Shown here piece after piece: positions 14,401 through 29,400 of a stretch of DNA of 64,000 nucleotides (position 1 is its first letter; each line of letters starts with the position of its first letter). The DNA comes from Paragordius varius. Taxonomy: Eukaryota; Animalia; Nematomorpha. The DNA lies in the NCBI GenBank assembly GCA_964247055.1, contig OZ176055.1:62001-126000 (forward strand), in the 5' to 3' direction. The notes beneath the pieces were generated by a model that had not been told where the DNA came from, ran no database searches, and saw only the letters and a list, made by a program, of their open reading frames with translations. The translations under genes and the position numbers were made by a program.

Positions 14401-17400
14401 AAATATATAGATTTCTTTAATCTCACGCCTTATATGTATAAATGAGAGGGACAGGTAAAAAGGACTTTAAGGTAACTTAATACGATTATTTATAGTTATA
14501 TATATTAATATCTTATCAATACAAGGTTAAATAAAATAATTTGATTTTTTAGTACATTATTTATTAAGTATAACAGCCATTTCAAATTGTATTGAAATTC
14601 GATCAGGTACAGAGTTATAAAATATAGTAAAACAAAATATCTACTGTATTTTAGATCAGAATGAAAAATATTTTAGATGTGTCCAAATAGAGTGTCACAA
14701 TATACTGCCTAGAGAAGTCACTTAAAACGAACAAACATAAAATTTAAAATAGATACCATCCATAAAATTTAAATAATTATCTTTTTTTGTTAGGATAATG
14801 GACAAAATAATAAATCAAATGACATTTGACAATTTAATTATATATATTAGGCAAAAAATATTTTTTAAGCTTTTTTCCATAGTAGGATGGCATGACAAAG
14901 TTTTTTAAATTTATGTGACAATTAAATGCTTTTGCTATGAAAAAAAACTTTATAATTGAATTTTATAATATGTCAAATTTGAAATTTAAAAAATACAGTG
15001 AAGGGTCAAAAATCTTTGAAAATTTTTTTGTCAACCTAATAATATTTAAAAATTAATTGACTTTTGTAATTTAATCATTTAATCTATGGCGTGCTTTTGG
15101 CAGGTATGATCCCTGTACCCCTGGAAATACCTCTATCCAAAAAAGTTATTAATATTCTACAGAAAACTTGCATACTTTATAACAAAACATTGCATTTTTT
15201 TATTGAAAATTTATTTTATTTACAAATACATGATAATTATAATCCAAAAAATTTTTATATAATTTTTATATATCGAAGTCCGGGCTAAAACCATAATACT
15301 GAATTTATTAATTATATACCATTTACACTGCAAATTCACCCTTAAACAATTCAAATTCACCTTTTAAGAAATTCACCCTAAAATAAATTGTGTTTATTAA
15401 ATAAATTAAGCCTTAAAGATCTATTTAGTATTAATAATGAGTTATATTAACCCGAAAATACATAATTTATTTTTTGGTGAATTTGAATTGTTCAAGGGTG
15501 AAATTGTTCATTGAATTTGAAATTAAGGGTGAATTTAAATTGTTAAGGGTCATTTTGAATTGTAAATGGTACATTAAATCCATTGTATAATAACATAGAA
15601 ATTGATAATATAAAATTATATAAATCTAACCTCTCAACTAATATTTTTATGTTTTATAATATGCTCTATTCCATTATTATATTAGGATAGTATATTTCAA
15701 CGTGTGGGAATCGCCCTAAGTCTATGCAATGTAACGACAATCCTAACTTCAACCTCAATAATTCGTGCCTTACCAGCCATATTTGGTCAACACAATGGTG
15801 GAATGATCGCCGAAACGCCACCTCCATCAGCTGATCTGGAGAGCTCAGGTCTGAAAATTGAAACTACTATAAGGACAAAACGCAATAACTTAATAAAGAC
15901 TAATATCCTTATTTTTTTAATGTTGAAATTTTTATTTAAACCTATTGCCTTGGGTTATTATATTTTAATGGGTAACTCACTTATTTATATAGTATACGAT
16001 CGTAATCGAAGTTATATCGAAAAATCAAGGCATAAAAATAATTTCTCTATAAGAAAAATTAATCTCCCTGTTATAACGTTTTGTCTTTATGTGTGTGTGT
16101 GTGTGTGTTATAAGCTAGCCATGTAGTGACTCTTGGCTTTCTCATAAATTAGTTCTGGGATTCTCTCAACTATTGAGGAAAGGTTAGATTTGTTATTGAT
16201 TTAAACATGTCGATCCACCGCTTTTTGGGTCGGCCCCTTCTGCGGGTGCCATCTACCAACCCAAAGAGTATGCTTTTTTCTAGCGAGTCGGATCGCAGGA
16301 TATGACCCAGATATTTTAGCTGTTTGAAGATTATTAAATCGTGAAGTAAAAATTCGGGTTTGATGAGGTTGAGGATATAAGGATTGGAGATGTGGGTGGG
16401 CTTTCCAGGAGATTCTCAATATTTTCCGAAAGCACACCACATTTGAAAAGAGTTAATGCGGGCTTTGTCAATGGATTTGCATATCCATGACTCGGACCCA
16501 TAAATTGCCACGGGGTATATCATATCGCCTTCTGGATGGCAAGTTTGGTTGGAAATCTTATGACTGACCGACGAGTTCCAAATTTTGGACAGTTTACCCA
16601 TAGTAGCACGTCCTAATGCTAGCCGTGCTCGGATGTAATTATGGAGCCTAAATATTTACAGTGATCAGTTAGTTCGATGGTGGAGTTATTGATTGTAAAT
16701 GGTAATTGTGGAGCGTTTAGGCTAACTTATACACAGAAACATTAATACGCAATTGTAACTCTCCCCAACATATTGGGGGCACGGATCGGTGGTCTTACTA
16801 TTTGCCGTCTTCGGTACGCCGACGACACCATCCTCTTGTCAGAATCCCACACGGACATGACCTATCTTTTGAATAATCTCACCATCGAAGCAAGTTTGAT
16901 GGGTCTTAAGCTGAACCCAGCTAAATCTAAAATAATGATCCTAAACGCTCCACAATTACCATTTACAATCAATGACACCACCATCGAACTAACTGTCTTT
17001 ATAGTTTTAATATTTAATTCCGCCAACGCCGTTCTTCAAAATAAAGTGCTTTAATTTTAGTCTTATGATATAAAATGTTTTTTGTTTGATATTAGATAGT
17101 CCCTATTTCTCATCTCCTAATCCAATGCCTCTATATTCTGATGATTTAACCTTTCCTTCAGCGGACACGCCAGAATCCACAAAAGTAAATTATCAGAGGT
17201 ATATTTATAATTTACATTTATAATAATCATTATAAACGCACCTGAGATGGATGTTCAAAAACCCTAGTTTTTTTCATATACTACAGACTTAATCATATTG
17301 TTGGGGTTTAGGATGTAAAAACTTAATGCTTAGTCGCTTTAAAAAATCAAAACATTTTTTTTGTTTTTATATTAGGAGAAACAAAAAACACGTCGGAACG

Positions 17401-20400
17401 ACCAAAAACATAGGTTATTCATCATCTTTGACCAAAAAAATGAATTTTGATCGCCAAAAATCTAAACGATTCCCACACCATTCAACAAAAGGAGGAACAT
17501 TTTATAAAATTGCAAAAACGCCACAAACCAAGAATATTGATAATTCACATTGCTTTAACAAGTTTTTGATGGATCAATCTTTTAATTACAAGCATTCTGC
17601 CAAAAATCAGAGATGGCGCTGTATGAAAGCTCTGAGTACTTCCGCTATAACTATAAATCGTATTGGTGGAACGAAATCTAAGAATCTCGGTATATGGTTT
17701 TTAAATATTATTTATTGACCATTTTTTAAGATAACTTTAAAGACACAATTTTAAAATGTTAACGAATGTTTTTATCAAGAGAATTATAAATAACATATAA
17801 TATAGCCTTCGCAACCCCAAAAAGCAAGGTTTAAAAAATATAAAGTTTTTTTTTCCGAAAAATTATTTAATTTTTGTGTTTTATCTTTATTTTTTAACCA
17901 TTTTTTTTGTCATTTTAGGGTTAGAGATTAGTGGGGCTAAAAATTGGCCCCATCACACTCAATGGTGGTCTACGGATAAACTTGATTATCAAAAAATCCC
18001 CAGAGGTTTTATTCTCATTTGAGTTATAATTAAAATTTTAATTTTCACTCTAATTTTAATTTTGCAAAAATTTATAAATTATAAAAATTTGAATTTTTAA
18101 TGCATTAGGTTGGTTACCTCCTACATTATATTTCCAATCTTCCAATCTTAATTCCAGTTCTCCTTCATCGCTATTCAATCACAATAATCAACAGAATAGT
18201 GATGACTTTGCATTTATTGAAGTAAATTCTTGTTTTATTTTATAAAAATACAGTAAAAATTAAAATTATAAAGAATATTTTAAATTTAAATCAATATTTT
18301 TTTTATAGCCTAATCACATTTTTTAATAATTTTTTTATAACCTATATGAATACGATATTAAATTATAAATTAGGTTTTACCAATTTACATCTCTATTCGT
18401 ATACCATAACATTTAATTACAATGAAAAATTAAAGTTTTTTAAGGTTGTTTTATTAGTCTTTTACTGTTTATGTCTTGTTTTTTTAATATTACTTTCAAA
18501 TTTTATAAATAGTATTTTTTTATTTTAGTGCATTTATGGGAACGATGGAAGCGTTAAAGGATGCCAAATCCCTCAAACCGCAATCCTTCAACAATGCAAA
18601 CTTTTAACAGAAATTTTACCCTTTAAAAACGGTATATTTATACAATTTTAAATATTTTAACATATATATATTTTCTTTTTTTTTGATAATTTTTATATTT
18701 TATAAATTTCTAGGTTGCACTTTAATCAATCTCTTGGATTACAAAAGAGAAGTTGGCCTGGTTTATTCCTTATTAACTGTAAGTTTATTAAATCAGATAA
18801 ATTTAATAATGATTTTATTATTCATTACAACAGGAATTCTATTATTTAATCATCTTGTTAGAAGAAAGCAATTATAAAAGATAATAAATGCGTATTGCTT
18901 TTTTAAAATATGGTTTATAGCAAAAACTAGATTTACCTTTAAGATCTAAAAGTGTTAAAAAATAAATTATTCACCTCTATATTAAAACAATAAGTTATAT
19001 AATCATGGTTAAAAATTAACACTCTCTATTTGATAAAAATATTTGTCTTTTTATCTTTATAATTTTATAATTTAAGTATATATTTAGAGTACATATAATG
19101 GAATCCATACTATTCATATCCCACACGCTTGTGTTAAACGAAATCCTTACTGTTGGTTAAACATAGCTGGCAAATATAGAGGTTGACATTTTTCATCCTT
19201 ATAAACATTTTTTAGCTTGCATGATTGTCGCAAAATCGCGACATTTGCATTGCATTTTACAATCTCCCGCCTTTTCCAACATCAACAAAACGCTCAAAGA
19301 TTTTAATCTTTCCTCCATACAAACTTTATTGGTTGTGGATGGTTGGAATTCTTGTAAAATTTATAATATTACAGTAGAAATTTTATTTATAAATATACCA
19401 GATATAATTCAAATTCACCTTTAAACAATTCAAATTCACCCTAAAAATAAATTATGAAATTTCGGTCTAATATAACTCATCATTATAATTAAAATTTTTA
19501 TGGCAAGGTTATTATTTTAAATACATACCAATATTTTAAAAAAATGTAAAAAATATAGGTAATTTTTAATTAATCTCAAAAAACACATAATTAGGGCGAA
19601 TTTGAATTGTTCAAAGGTGAATTTGAATTGTTCAAAGGTGAATTTGAATTGTTTAAGGGTGAATTAAATTGTTTAAGGGTGAATTTGAACTGTAAATGAT
19701 ATATATAATTTAAAACTTAATGACAAAATACATAAATTAAAATTTTTGTTTTATATTCATCTTAGTATTTCAAATGATCGTTTTTTCTCAAATAAGGAAT
19801 ATAGATTGACCCACTCAATTACTAATTTTATAACTGTAAAATATACTTTTATACAAAAAATGAACTAAAAATATGGCTTTATGAAAACAATATTATTTTA
19901 GGTTTTTTGACTTTATAATTTTTATATTATGAAATGATTTTTTTTATATATAAGACGCCATGTCAACTATGCAATCCTTCTACCAAATGTTTAAAGATTA
20001 CGGTTTAACCGCAAAAGCTATAAAATCCTGCCTATTCTCCACACAAGGCCAAACCATTTCAATTTCGGAGTAATATTTAATTTCTTTTTTGGCTAATTTT
20101 TGACGATTTGATAAATTTATGAATGATTTTACAATAAAAATCTAAATTATCAAGACAAAACTTAAATCTTAAAATACAAATAACGTAAAAAGATAACCGT
20201 ACCTTGATTATTTTATATATTATAGTTGATTTACAAAAGAATAGAGAACTAAATTAATAATCCAATATAATACTTTTCATTAAGAATTTATATTAACATC
20301 AACGTGTTTAAAAAATTATGGCTCTCCTTTTGCAAATGAAATTTTTGTTTTTTAGTTTTTACGTTTTGTCTTTATAATTATATTTTCATAGTGCTTTGTA

Positions 20401-23400
20401 CGAACAATCAAGTTTAAGAATTGATGCATTTTCCGCTTCTTATGGAATCGTTAAGATAAAAAAAGAATTGAATTCTTCTAATTTTCCCCAAAAGCAAATG
20501 ATTCAAAATCAAAACTCACCTTCAAAAAGAAATGGCATAGATTTTGGGACGAATGCTTCTGTTCCATTTTACAACAGTATGCATATATGTATCTTGTATT
20601 AAACACTTTTTTTTCAAATTTTGAATACAGTTAAAATTAAAATTATTATATGGAAAAAACGTAAAAAGTAAAAATTTTATATTATTTATTATTGTATTTA
20701 TTATTGTATATATTAATTAAAAGGCATACATGGATAAAATTGAGAATTTAAAATTGAATGCGTTCTTAATTAACATGTCTAATTTTTATTTAGCGACTTA
20801 ACACGATAGGTATTAAATTCATGATTCAAAAATTTGCTTTTTTATATACAGTGTCGATTAAAATTATGCGGTAAATGCGCAAAAATATAAAGACAAAAAT
20901 GCTTTTAAATAACCGCGTACTTTTTTAGACTTGATTATTTTACTATGATAATAATTCATTGTTTTAGAGTGCAAGATGTGAATTGGTAACACAATATATA
21001 AAAATTATATAATTTATCCAAGAAAATCAAGGTTTAAAAAAGTATGGGATTGCTTTTTTAAATATAATTATCTTTTTGTTTTAACATTTTGTCTGAGTTT
21101 TACTGCAAAACATATACAGTAATATACAGTAAAAATTGAAATTATACGAACAAAAATTAAAAAATATAAAGACAAATATTTTTTATAAAGACAGCCATAC
21201 TTTTTTAAGCTTCATTTTTTTAAATATAACTATTGCATATTATACAATTGATATGTATATTGGTGACACAATTATTTGTATATTTTAAATTTGTAATAAA
21301 ATGAGAAAAATTAAGGATCAAAAAAGTATGGTTGTCTTTTAGAAAAAAATATTTGTCTTTATATTTTTACGTTTTGTCATTCTGTGTAATGTCATTTTTC
21401 ACTGTAAAATCTTTAGCTAGGTATATTATGTCTTAAAAATTTAAATTTTTACCATATATATGTATGTTTTAGGTTGTATTGTTTGTATCAAAATGAATTT
21501 TCTGAACAATGAAAATAAATGCGGCGGCATTCCTAATAATAATGCCGCTATGATTTGTGCCAAAGATGAGATTGGCCAAATTTGTATTTCTAACAATCAA
21601 TCTCCTTCGCCTTCTTTCTCTTACATTGGACTTAAAGGCTTATCCCAATCTATTTTCCAGGTAATTTTATATTTTAGTTTATGGGGAATTGTAAAATTAT
21701 AAAGGAAAACTTATTGTAAATGACTATTCTCATATACTATACTTTTGTATCCTTGATATAATAACTATTTAATAGCAACATAAAATGGAGATCATTATTA
21801 TTAGCCTACCATTGCAATTAGAAGTCATAGTATATCGAGCAATGGGGTGCCTTATGCAATAAAGTGACTGATGAGTCCACAACAAAGATGAAACTCTTCT
21901 CACACTATGATAAACGCTGTCATTTTAAAATTTTCGTTTCATAAAGCTGCCACCTATTGCTTGATAGGAAGTACTATGATTTCTAATAGTAATGGTAGGC
22001 TTATAACAATGATTTCCATATTATGTTGTTAATAAATGGGAAATGGCGTTTTTCGCCAAAAATATTGAAATTTTTAATAAAAATATATATTTCTAAAAAC
22101 CATAATTTTTTAGACCCTATTTTTTTATTTACCTATGCCTTAAATAAAGAATAGAAATGTAATACTCTTTTTGTATCATCAATCACATAGGGTATAATGG
22201 TAAAAAATCAAGGATTAAAAAATACTGTTATCATTATTCCTTATATTAATTGATGCCTACTTTTTTTCGGTTAACCGTAAAATTATAATTTAACAGGTGA
22301 GACCTGTACACAAAGATGGGAGCTTAGTCCTTGAAAATAGTCAATCGTTCATTAGAACTGGATTTTATGGATTTGTCCATCAAGTAAAAATTTATTTGAA
22401 AATTCGACAATTAGAAATTAGTTTTTAGTAAAATCAATTTTTATATTTTAAATTATTCAGCAAAAAATATATGTCCTTGGTCGATGTGACAATCAAATGT
22501 ATGTTAGACATCGCATTCATAACATTGATGATTTGAAAGCTACTGTGTTGGCCATTTCACCACATAAGTTCATTTATAAAGCCAGGTAAATTGCTATTTT
22601 TTTGGATTTAAGATTTTTGGAAAAACTGTAAAAAACTAATCGACAAATATTTTTTTCGAAAGACAATTAAATTTTTTAAAATATTGATATTACCCACATA
22701 AACTATTTGATCACAACTGTAAAATAAATAATTGATGGTGTCACCAATATTCCATATATCTATTTCAAACTTTGCATTTTAATAATGAGATTATATTAAA
22801 AAATCAAGGTAGAAAAGGTATGGTGGTATTTTAGAAAAAAAATATTTGGATATTTTTACGTTTAGTCCGTACATTATTAGTCTTTAATGTATATTTTATA
22901 ATTTTTATTGATTTTTTTACATAGAATAACCATTTTTGCAACACATGTCCTTTGTGACGATAGGATTGTTATAATAGCCGAACAAAGATATGAATACACC
23001 GAAAATGAGGTTTAAATTTTAAATTATAAACTTTTTAATGTATTATATAATATTCACCCTAAAATAAATTATGTGTTTTATAAGATTATATTACCTATAT
23101 TTTTTTATATTTCTCTAAAAAATGAAATGTTTGTCAAAAATAATTCTGAAATAATAAACTATGCGCCATAAAGATATATTCCATATTATCGATGATGAGT
23201 TATATTAGCTGCCCTAAAACACATATTTAAATTGTTCAAGGGTGAATTTGAATTGCTTAAGGTAGAATTTAAATTGTTCAAGGGTGAATATGAATTGTTT
23301 AAGGGTAAATTTTAATTGTTTAAGGTAGAATTTAAATTGTTCAAGGGTGAATATGAATTGTTTAAGGGTAAATATTAATTGTTTAAGGTAGAATTTAAAT

Positions 23401-26400
23401 TGTTCAAGGGTGAATATGAATTGTTTAAGGGTAAATTTGAATTGTTCAAGGGTGAATTTGAATTGTTCAAGGGGGAATTTGAATTTAAATGGTATATTTC
23501 CATACATATGTTGATTAAAATTTAACATTTAATATTTTTAGAGTTTTCAGTGGATGAGTCGCGTTTTACAAACAGTTTCTCAGATTCACGGCACCAATAT
23601 TTATTGCTTAGCTTTGGTTCAGCCGAATCATTTACCTAAAGTAAAATTATAAATTTAGTAAAAAATGAAATGAAAATATTAATTTTAAGATTGCTCTACT
23701 TTTTTAAACTTAATTTATTTTAATATAAATTTTTGTTTTAAACTGCAGAGTATGAATGAAATACAATAAATGATATATTTTACATTTGTAATTAATTTAC
23801 TTTGTCTTTTTTTGAAACAAAATATGGTTGTCTTTATATATAACTTGCAGCCTGTATAAATTCAATTTTACTGTGTACTTTTATCAATTAATTAAACCTT
23901 TTTTTTTTATTTTGAAGACAACTCTAGGAAATGTCATTGTGTCCGAAGTTAGGAAGATGTTTGAAAATGGTTGTCTTTATCCCATAAATCTGGTCATGTG
24001 CCCACACGCTGCAATCCCTAACCTACCCAACAAACGAGAAAAACCTCCAGGTTTTTTTTTCAAAACTTAAAGTAAAAGTAAAAGGGACAAATTTTTTATA
24101 CATATAGTAAAAATTAATTATAAATACAAAACAATTAAAGCGAAGAATGGCAATTTTTTAAAAAAACGCACATAGATCCTTGCCTTGATTTTTTCTATAT
24201 ATATATATATATATATAGTTGAAGTTAGCTGATTTGAGATAAGTTTTAATTGTTGTTTTCCAATTGCTTCTATTTTTCGCTTCTTCTATTTTAGTTTGGT
24301 CTCAGTAGGGTCATTTTTAGAAGGTCTGCCAGAGCCAGTTGTGGAGTAGGACATCATTATATGTATATAATTATCTGGCCTTCTAGGATGGATGTGACCA
24401 CCCCATCTCAGTCTTTTGGCTCTTAGAAAGGGGTTAAGAGCAGTGATTTCGAGGATTTTATAGGAATCAAATTGATTATCAAAGTTATAGAGTTTAGGAT
24501 TATGTAAAAAAGGATCGTTTGGAGTATTTTAGATTCAGAGTTTTGGAATTTACTAAGGTTAGACTTTGTCATGGGCCAACATTCCGTGCCTTACCGCTAT
24601 TCCGTTTCAAATTTGATGTATTTATAATTAATTATGTGTTTTAGTCCATGGTATTTTTTCCATGCTTCAGATGATGATCTGTGTTTGAGGCCATCACTGA
24701 TACCTCCTTTTGCGGATATTTTATCACCCAGATATTTAAACAGTTTCGTAATTGTAGTTATTATTAGAGATTGCGTTTAAATTCGGTTCTGGTATGGGGG
24801 GTAGGTTGTCGATGCAATTCGATCAAGTCAAGGCATCAACTCTAAGTGATTTTGGGTTGGAGCATTTTTTATGAATCCTGAGGAGAAGTCACATTTAGGA
24901 CACAATATAGAATTTGATTTTACAGTTAAAGTGCAAATTCTACATGGGTACTCAATAAAACTTCATTATATTATTATGCATTAGTTTAGTTTTGTTTGGA
25001 TTGATTTTGAGGCCATGTCTTTCCAAGCAATTTCTCCATTTGTCAATAGATAAAAAGAGATTGTCTTCAAATGATTTCATTATTACAGGGTCATCTGTAA
25101 AGAGCAGTTCCTGCGAATGTTCTTTGAAATCTCATCAATACAAAACCTTGGTGTAGCCCCCTGATTGTAAATTGATTGATTCGGATATAGTAGACCATAA
25201 AAAGTTTTGTTTAGGTCTTTGGAGCCGGAATATAGCACATTCTTCAATTCCGTTACTTTTCTTAGGGTCCCCATGTTATCATCGATCTTGGGATAGAGTC
25301 AAAAGCCTTTTCTAGGGGTCGAAGAAGGCATAAAAGAGGGGTATATTTCTGAGATGGGGCTGCTTGTATTTCACGGAGTATAAAAATCGCATCAATTGTG
25401 CTTTTGCCAGATTGGAAGCCAAATTGAATGTCGTCTAGATTAACTTTAAGTTTGAGCTCATAAATTTTAAAGGTGTGTTCCAAGATTTAATGGGCCTGAA
25501 TGAGTGTGGAAGGTTGGAGCGAATCATTTCCCTTGTAGATGGGTATGTGGTGATGGTATGAAGACAAGACATCTGCAAATTGACTCAACTCAAACGCAAA
25601 ATCAGTCTCATCTACAGGAAAAATTCATTTAATGAAAATAAAAAAAACTATCTATGCTCAAAAAGAAATTCTATTATATATATATATATATATATATGAT
25701 TGGAATTGTGTAATAAAATTATACATCTTGACATATTTCGCAACCCAAAACTAATATTTAATTTGAAAAGTTTAAAATGTTTTATATTTCAGGGAAATTG
25801 AGAAAATTACGCATTATAAAATTATGTAATTTATCATAAATTAAGCTTGAATGCGTATAAATTTATACCATTAAAGCTCCATTTATTATAAATTACATAT
25901 TATATATCAGCGTTCATATTTGTCCTATTAACTATTTATAGACATATCTCCCGGTTCCCAATATGTCGGAAACATTGTTAGGGGGCAACGTTTTGCGCGA
26001 ACACAAGGATTAACCTTAAATCAAATGGGAACTTTGGAAAAGGATCCATTCTTACAGGTTGTTAACAATTCAATATTTTAGGTTTGTTTGATATTTCGGT
26101 AAAAATATGAGTATTAAAGATTATTAAAGGATATTTTATCTAATATGTAAGATAAATTAAGATTTTAGTTTAGTTGTAAAATTGTTTTTGGAATTAAAGT
26201 TGAGTTTTTTTAAGAATTATCAAAAAAATAAAAGACCAATATTTCATTATAAACATATTTTATAAAAAGTAAAAGACCAATATTTCATAATAAACAATTT
26301 TAGCAAAAATTCGTTTATTAGCTATTGTTTGGGTTAATTTACCATAATAAAAGGTAATTCATTTCTATGTTTGTTAATATAAGTATTGAAAAATATATAC

Positions 26401-29400
26401 TTTTTTTACATGATTTATGATATGTTAATTATATTTTTACTTTAATAAATACCTTTAGAAATGTCATTTCATAATGGATGTTTTGAGGTGGCGTGCCCTG
26501 AATTTTAACGATTCCGTGGCTTACAATTTTATTTCCTCCAAAGTAAGTAGTAATTTATACTTTTCTATTTATGCTTCAAATTTATTATTAAGCATTTTAG
26601 ATTTCCACTAAAAAGAAATTTTGTGTTAATAGGCTAAATTATCCATATTTGATAATTTTTTAACGAGTATATTAAAAAAAAGAGAGTAAAACTAAAAAAT
26701 GAAGAATTATGCTAAATACAAATTATCTATTATCTTGACTTAGCCCCAAAATATCATATGATTTTAGGGTGAAATTTATTCGTAAACGGCGTGATAATAA
26801 ATTATATTTTTCCTGCATATTTTAGGCTAACTCAAATGGCAATATTTGTACTTTTTATCAAATTCATAAACAAGCCGAACGATTTGCTTTTTCCTTGATT
26901 GATCGCTGGGGTGTTCGGTTTGGAGATCATGTGGCTATACTCATGCCTTCCGGTTAGTTTTTTGGATTAATTGAAAAACGGAGAAATAAAGTATAAAACT
27001 TGAAAATTTTAATAAAATATATTGTTTCAAAAATACGTTTTTATAAGATAAAGTTAATATGTTTTATATATAACTTTTGTTTCATATTGCCCAATAAATA
27101 AGGATTTTAAACAATTTTTTTAAAAAATTAAAGCTTGGAAAATATGTATAAATTTTTTAAGCTTTGTTGGCAAATATATATATATTTTTTAAGCTTTGTT
27201 GGCAAATATGTATCTTCAACCTTTAATTCATAACCCAATCATAAATTAATGAAATATAGGACCTAAAATATTTTTTATAAAATAATGGTAGTTTTTAGTT
27301 TTAATGGTCCCACATATCAATATCTAATATTTATTGTTTTACACCTCATATAATTAAATATTTTTATCTATAAAATAAATATTTTTTTAGGTGTGGATAT
27401 GATTGCTGCTTTCTACGCTTGCCTCTATCTCCGTAAGTTGCTTTTCTTTAATTCAAATTCACCTTTAACAATTTAAATTTACTCTCAAGCAAATCAACCT
27501 TCAAATAAATTATATGTTTTATTAAGATTTAAAATTAGCTATATTTTAGTATATTTTTAAAAATATAATTTTGCTTAAAATTAAAATAATACTGAAAAAA
27601 TAATTATTTATGCCATAAAGATATATTTTATATTAATAATGAGTTATACTAGTTCGATAACGCATAATTTATTTGAGGGTGAATTTGAATTGTAAATGGT
27701 TTATTAAAAAATTTTACCCAATTTTATTACTACATTGTCTTTTGATTTTTTTTATGTTCAGATCTAATCCCTATACCTTTACAAGCCGGTGTTCCTAATG
27801 ACCAATTTGCCCTCATTTTAGAGATTTCAAGATCTAAATTTATCATTACCAATTCTGTTGGAGTTAAATTCCTTAATAATATTATTAAGGTTAATATGTT
27901 TTTTGATCCATTTTAATGCGTAATTTTTTTTGAATTTGATTTTATACGGACAAAACATAAATATCTAATGACAAAAAAATTTTTTTTGAAAAGACAACCA
28001 TATTTTTTTCAAACCTTAATTTATCATATTAAAATTATTAATAACAATGGTCAAATATGTAATTGATTACGTTACCAATATATATCTCTATTCTATACTT
28101 TGGAGATTAACAATGAGTTATATATAAAAAGATTAAAATTTTAAACTATGGATGTTAAGAAAAAAATTTTGTTTCAATTTTTACTGTATCTTTTGTGTTT
28201 GGAATACTATTTTTTTTGGATTTTATAGATAAATGATGGAAAAATAGGGAATATGTCAGAAAATGCAAATTCATGGATTACAATAAATGTTGACAAGATT
28301 GGCAAAAAACCGAAAGGCTGGACCTCTCAAAAATTATTGGGCGAGTTAGGCGTCGTTATAGGTACTATAAATTATGAGTAATTTTAGATATATAGTTTCG
28401 TGTAAAATTTCTTATAAAGGATTATGATTGATTTTATGAAGAGTTAAAGTGCATATTGATTCTTTTGATAAAAATTATTATTATTATTATTTCCTTTAGA
28501 ATAGTTTTAATATGTTGTATATGGTTTGTTTTTACAGTTCAAATTTACCCTTGAACAATTCAAATTCACCCTTGAACAATTCAAATTCACCCTCGAACAA
28601 TTCAAATTCACCCTCAAATAAAATATATGTATTTTAAGATTTAAAATTACCAATATTTTCATATATTTTTAAAAAATAAAAATTTTGTTTTAAATTAAAA
28701 TAATACTGAAAAAATAACAAACTATAACATAAACATATATTTCATATTAATAAAGAGTTATATTAGTACGAAAATACATAATTTATTTTTAGGGTGAATT
28801 TAAATTGTTCAAAGGGGAATTTGAACTGTAAATGGTATATATAAAAAATTGGATTTAAATTGCTAGGTTTTTTTATGGAACTTTTTATTTCTTTTTTTGC
28901 AAAATAGAGTCATATTTATTATTTGCCATAGATCCCGAAATGACAGCATACATAGATTTTAATGTAACACCCTCTGGAACCATTGTCGGAACTAAGGTTA
29001 AAATTATTGTATTTACAGTAAAATTGAAATTATACGGACAAAAACACGTAAAAATATAAGGACAAATATTTTTATCTAAAAAACAACTATGCTTTTTCAA
29101 TCTCAAATTTTTGAATAATAAATAATTATTTAAAATTGCAAAGTATGAAATAGAGATTGGTGAAACAATCAATTATATATATTAATTGAAAATAAATAAT
29201 TTATAAGGAAAATATTTAGATTTAAAAAGTATGATGGTCTTTTAGAAAAAAATATCTGTCTTCAATTTTTATGTATATTTAAAAAAAAATTTGTTTTTAA
29301 ATATTTATATCTAAATATTTAATCTTAAATTTTTTGAAAATGAATTTAGATTAGCCATAAAGCCATAATGAATTTGTGCCGATCTCAGAAATGCGCTTGT

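Noticed and set aside
28885-29172. Minus-strand ORFs such as 4836-5021, 28885-29172, 33435-33626, 44443-44640, 46960-47169, 47291-47569, 48357-48584 and 59830-60084
   Set aside because: Antisense shadows of real plus-strand exons.
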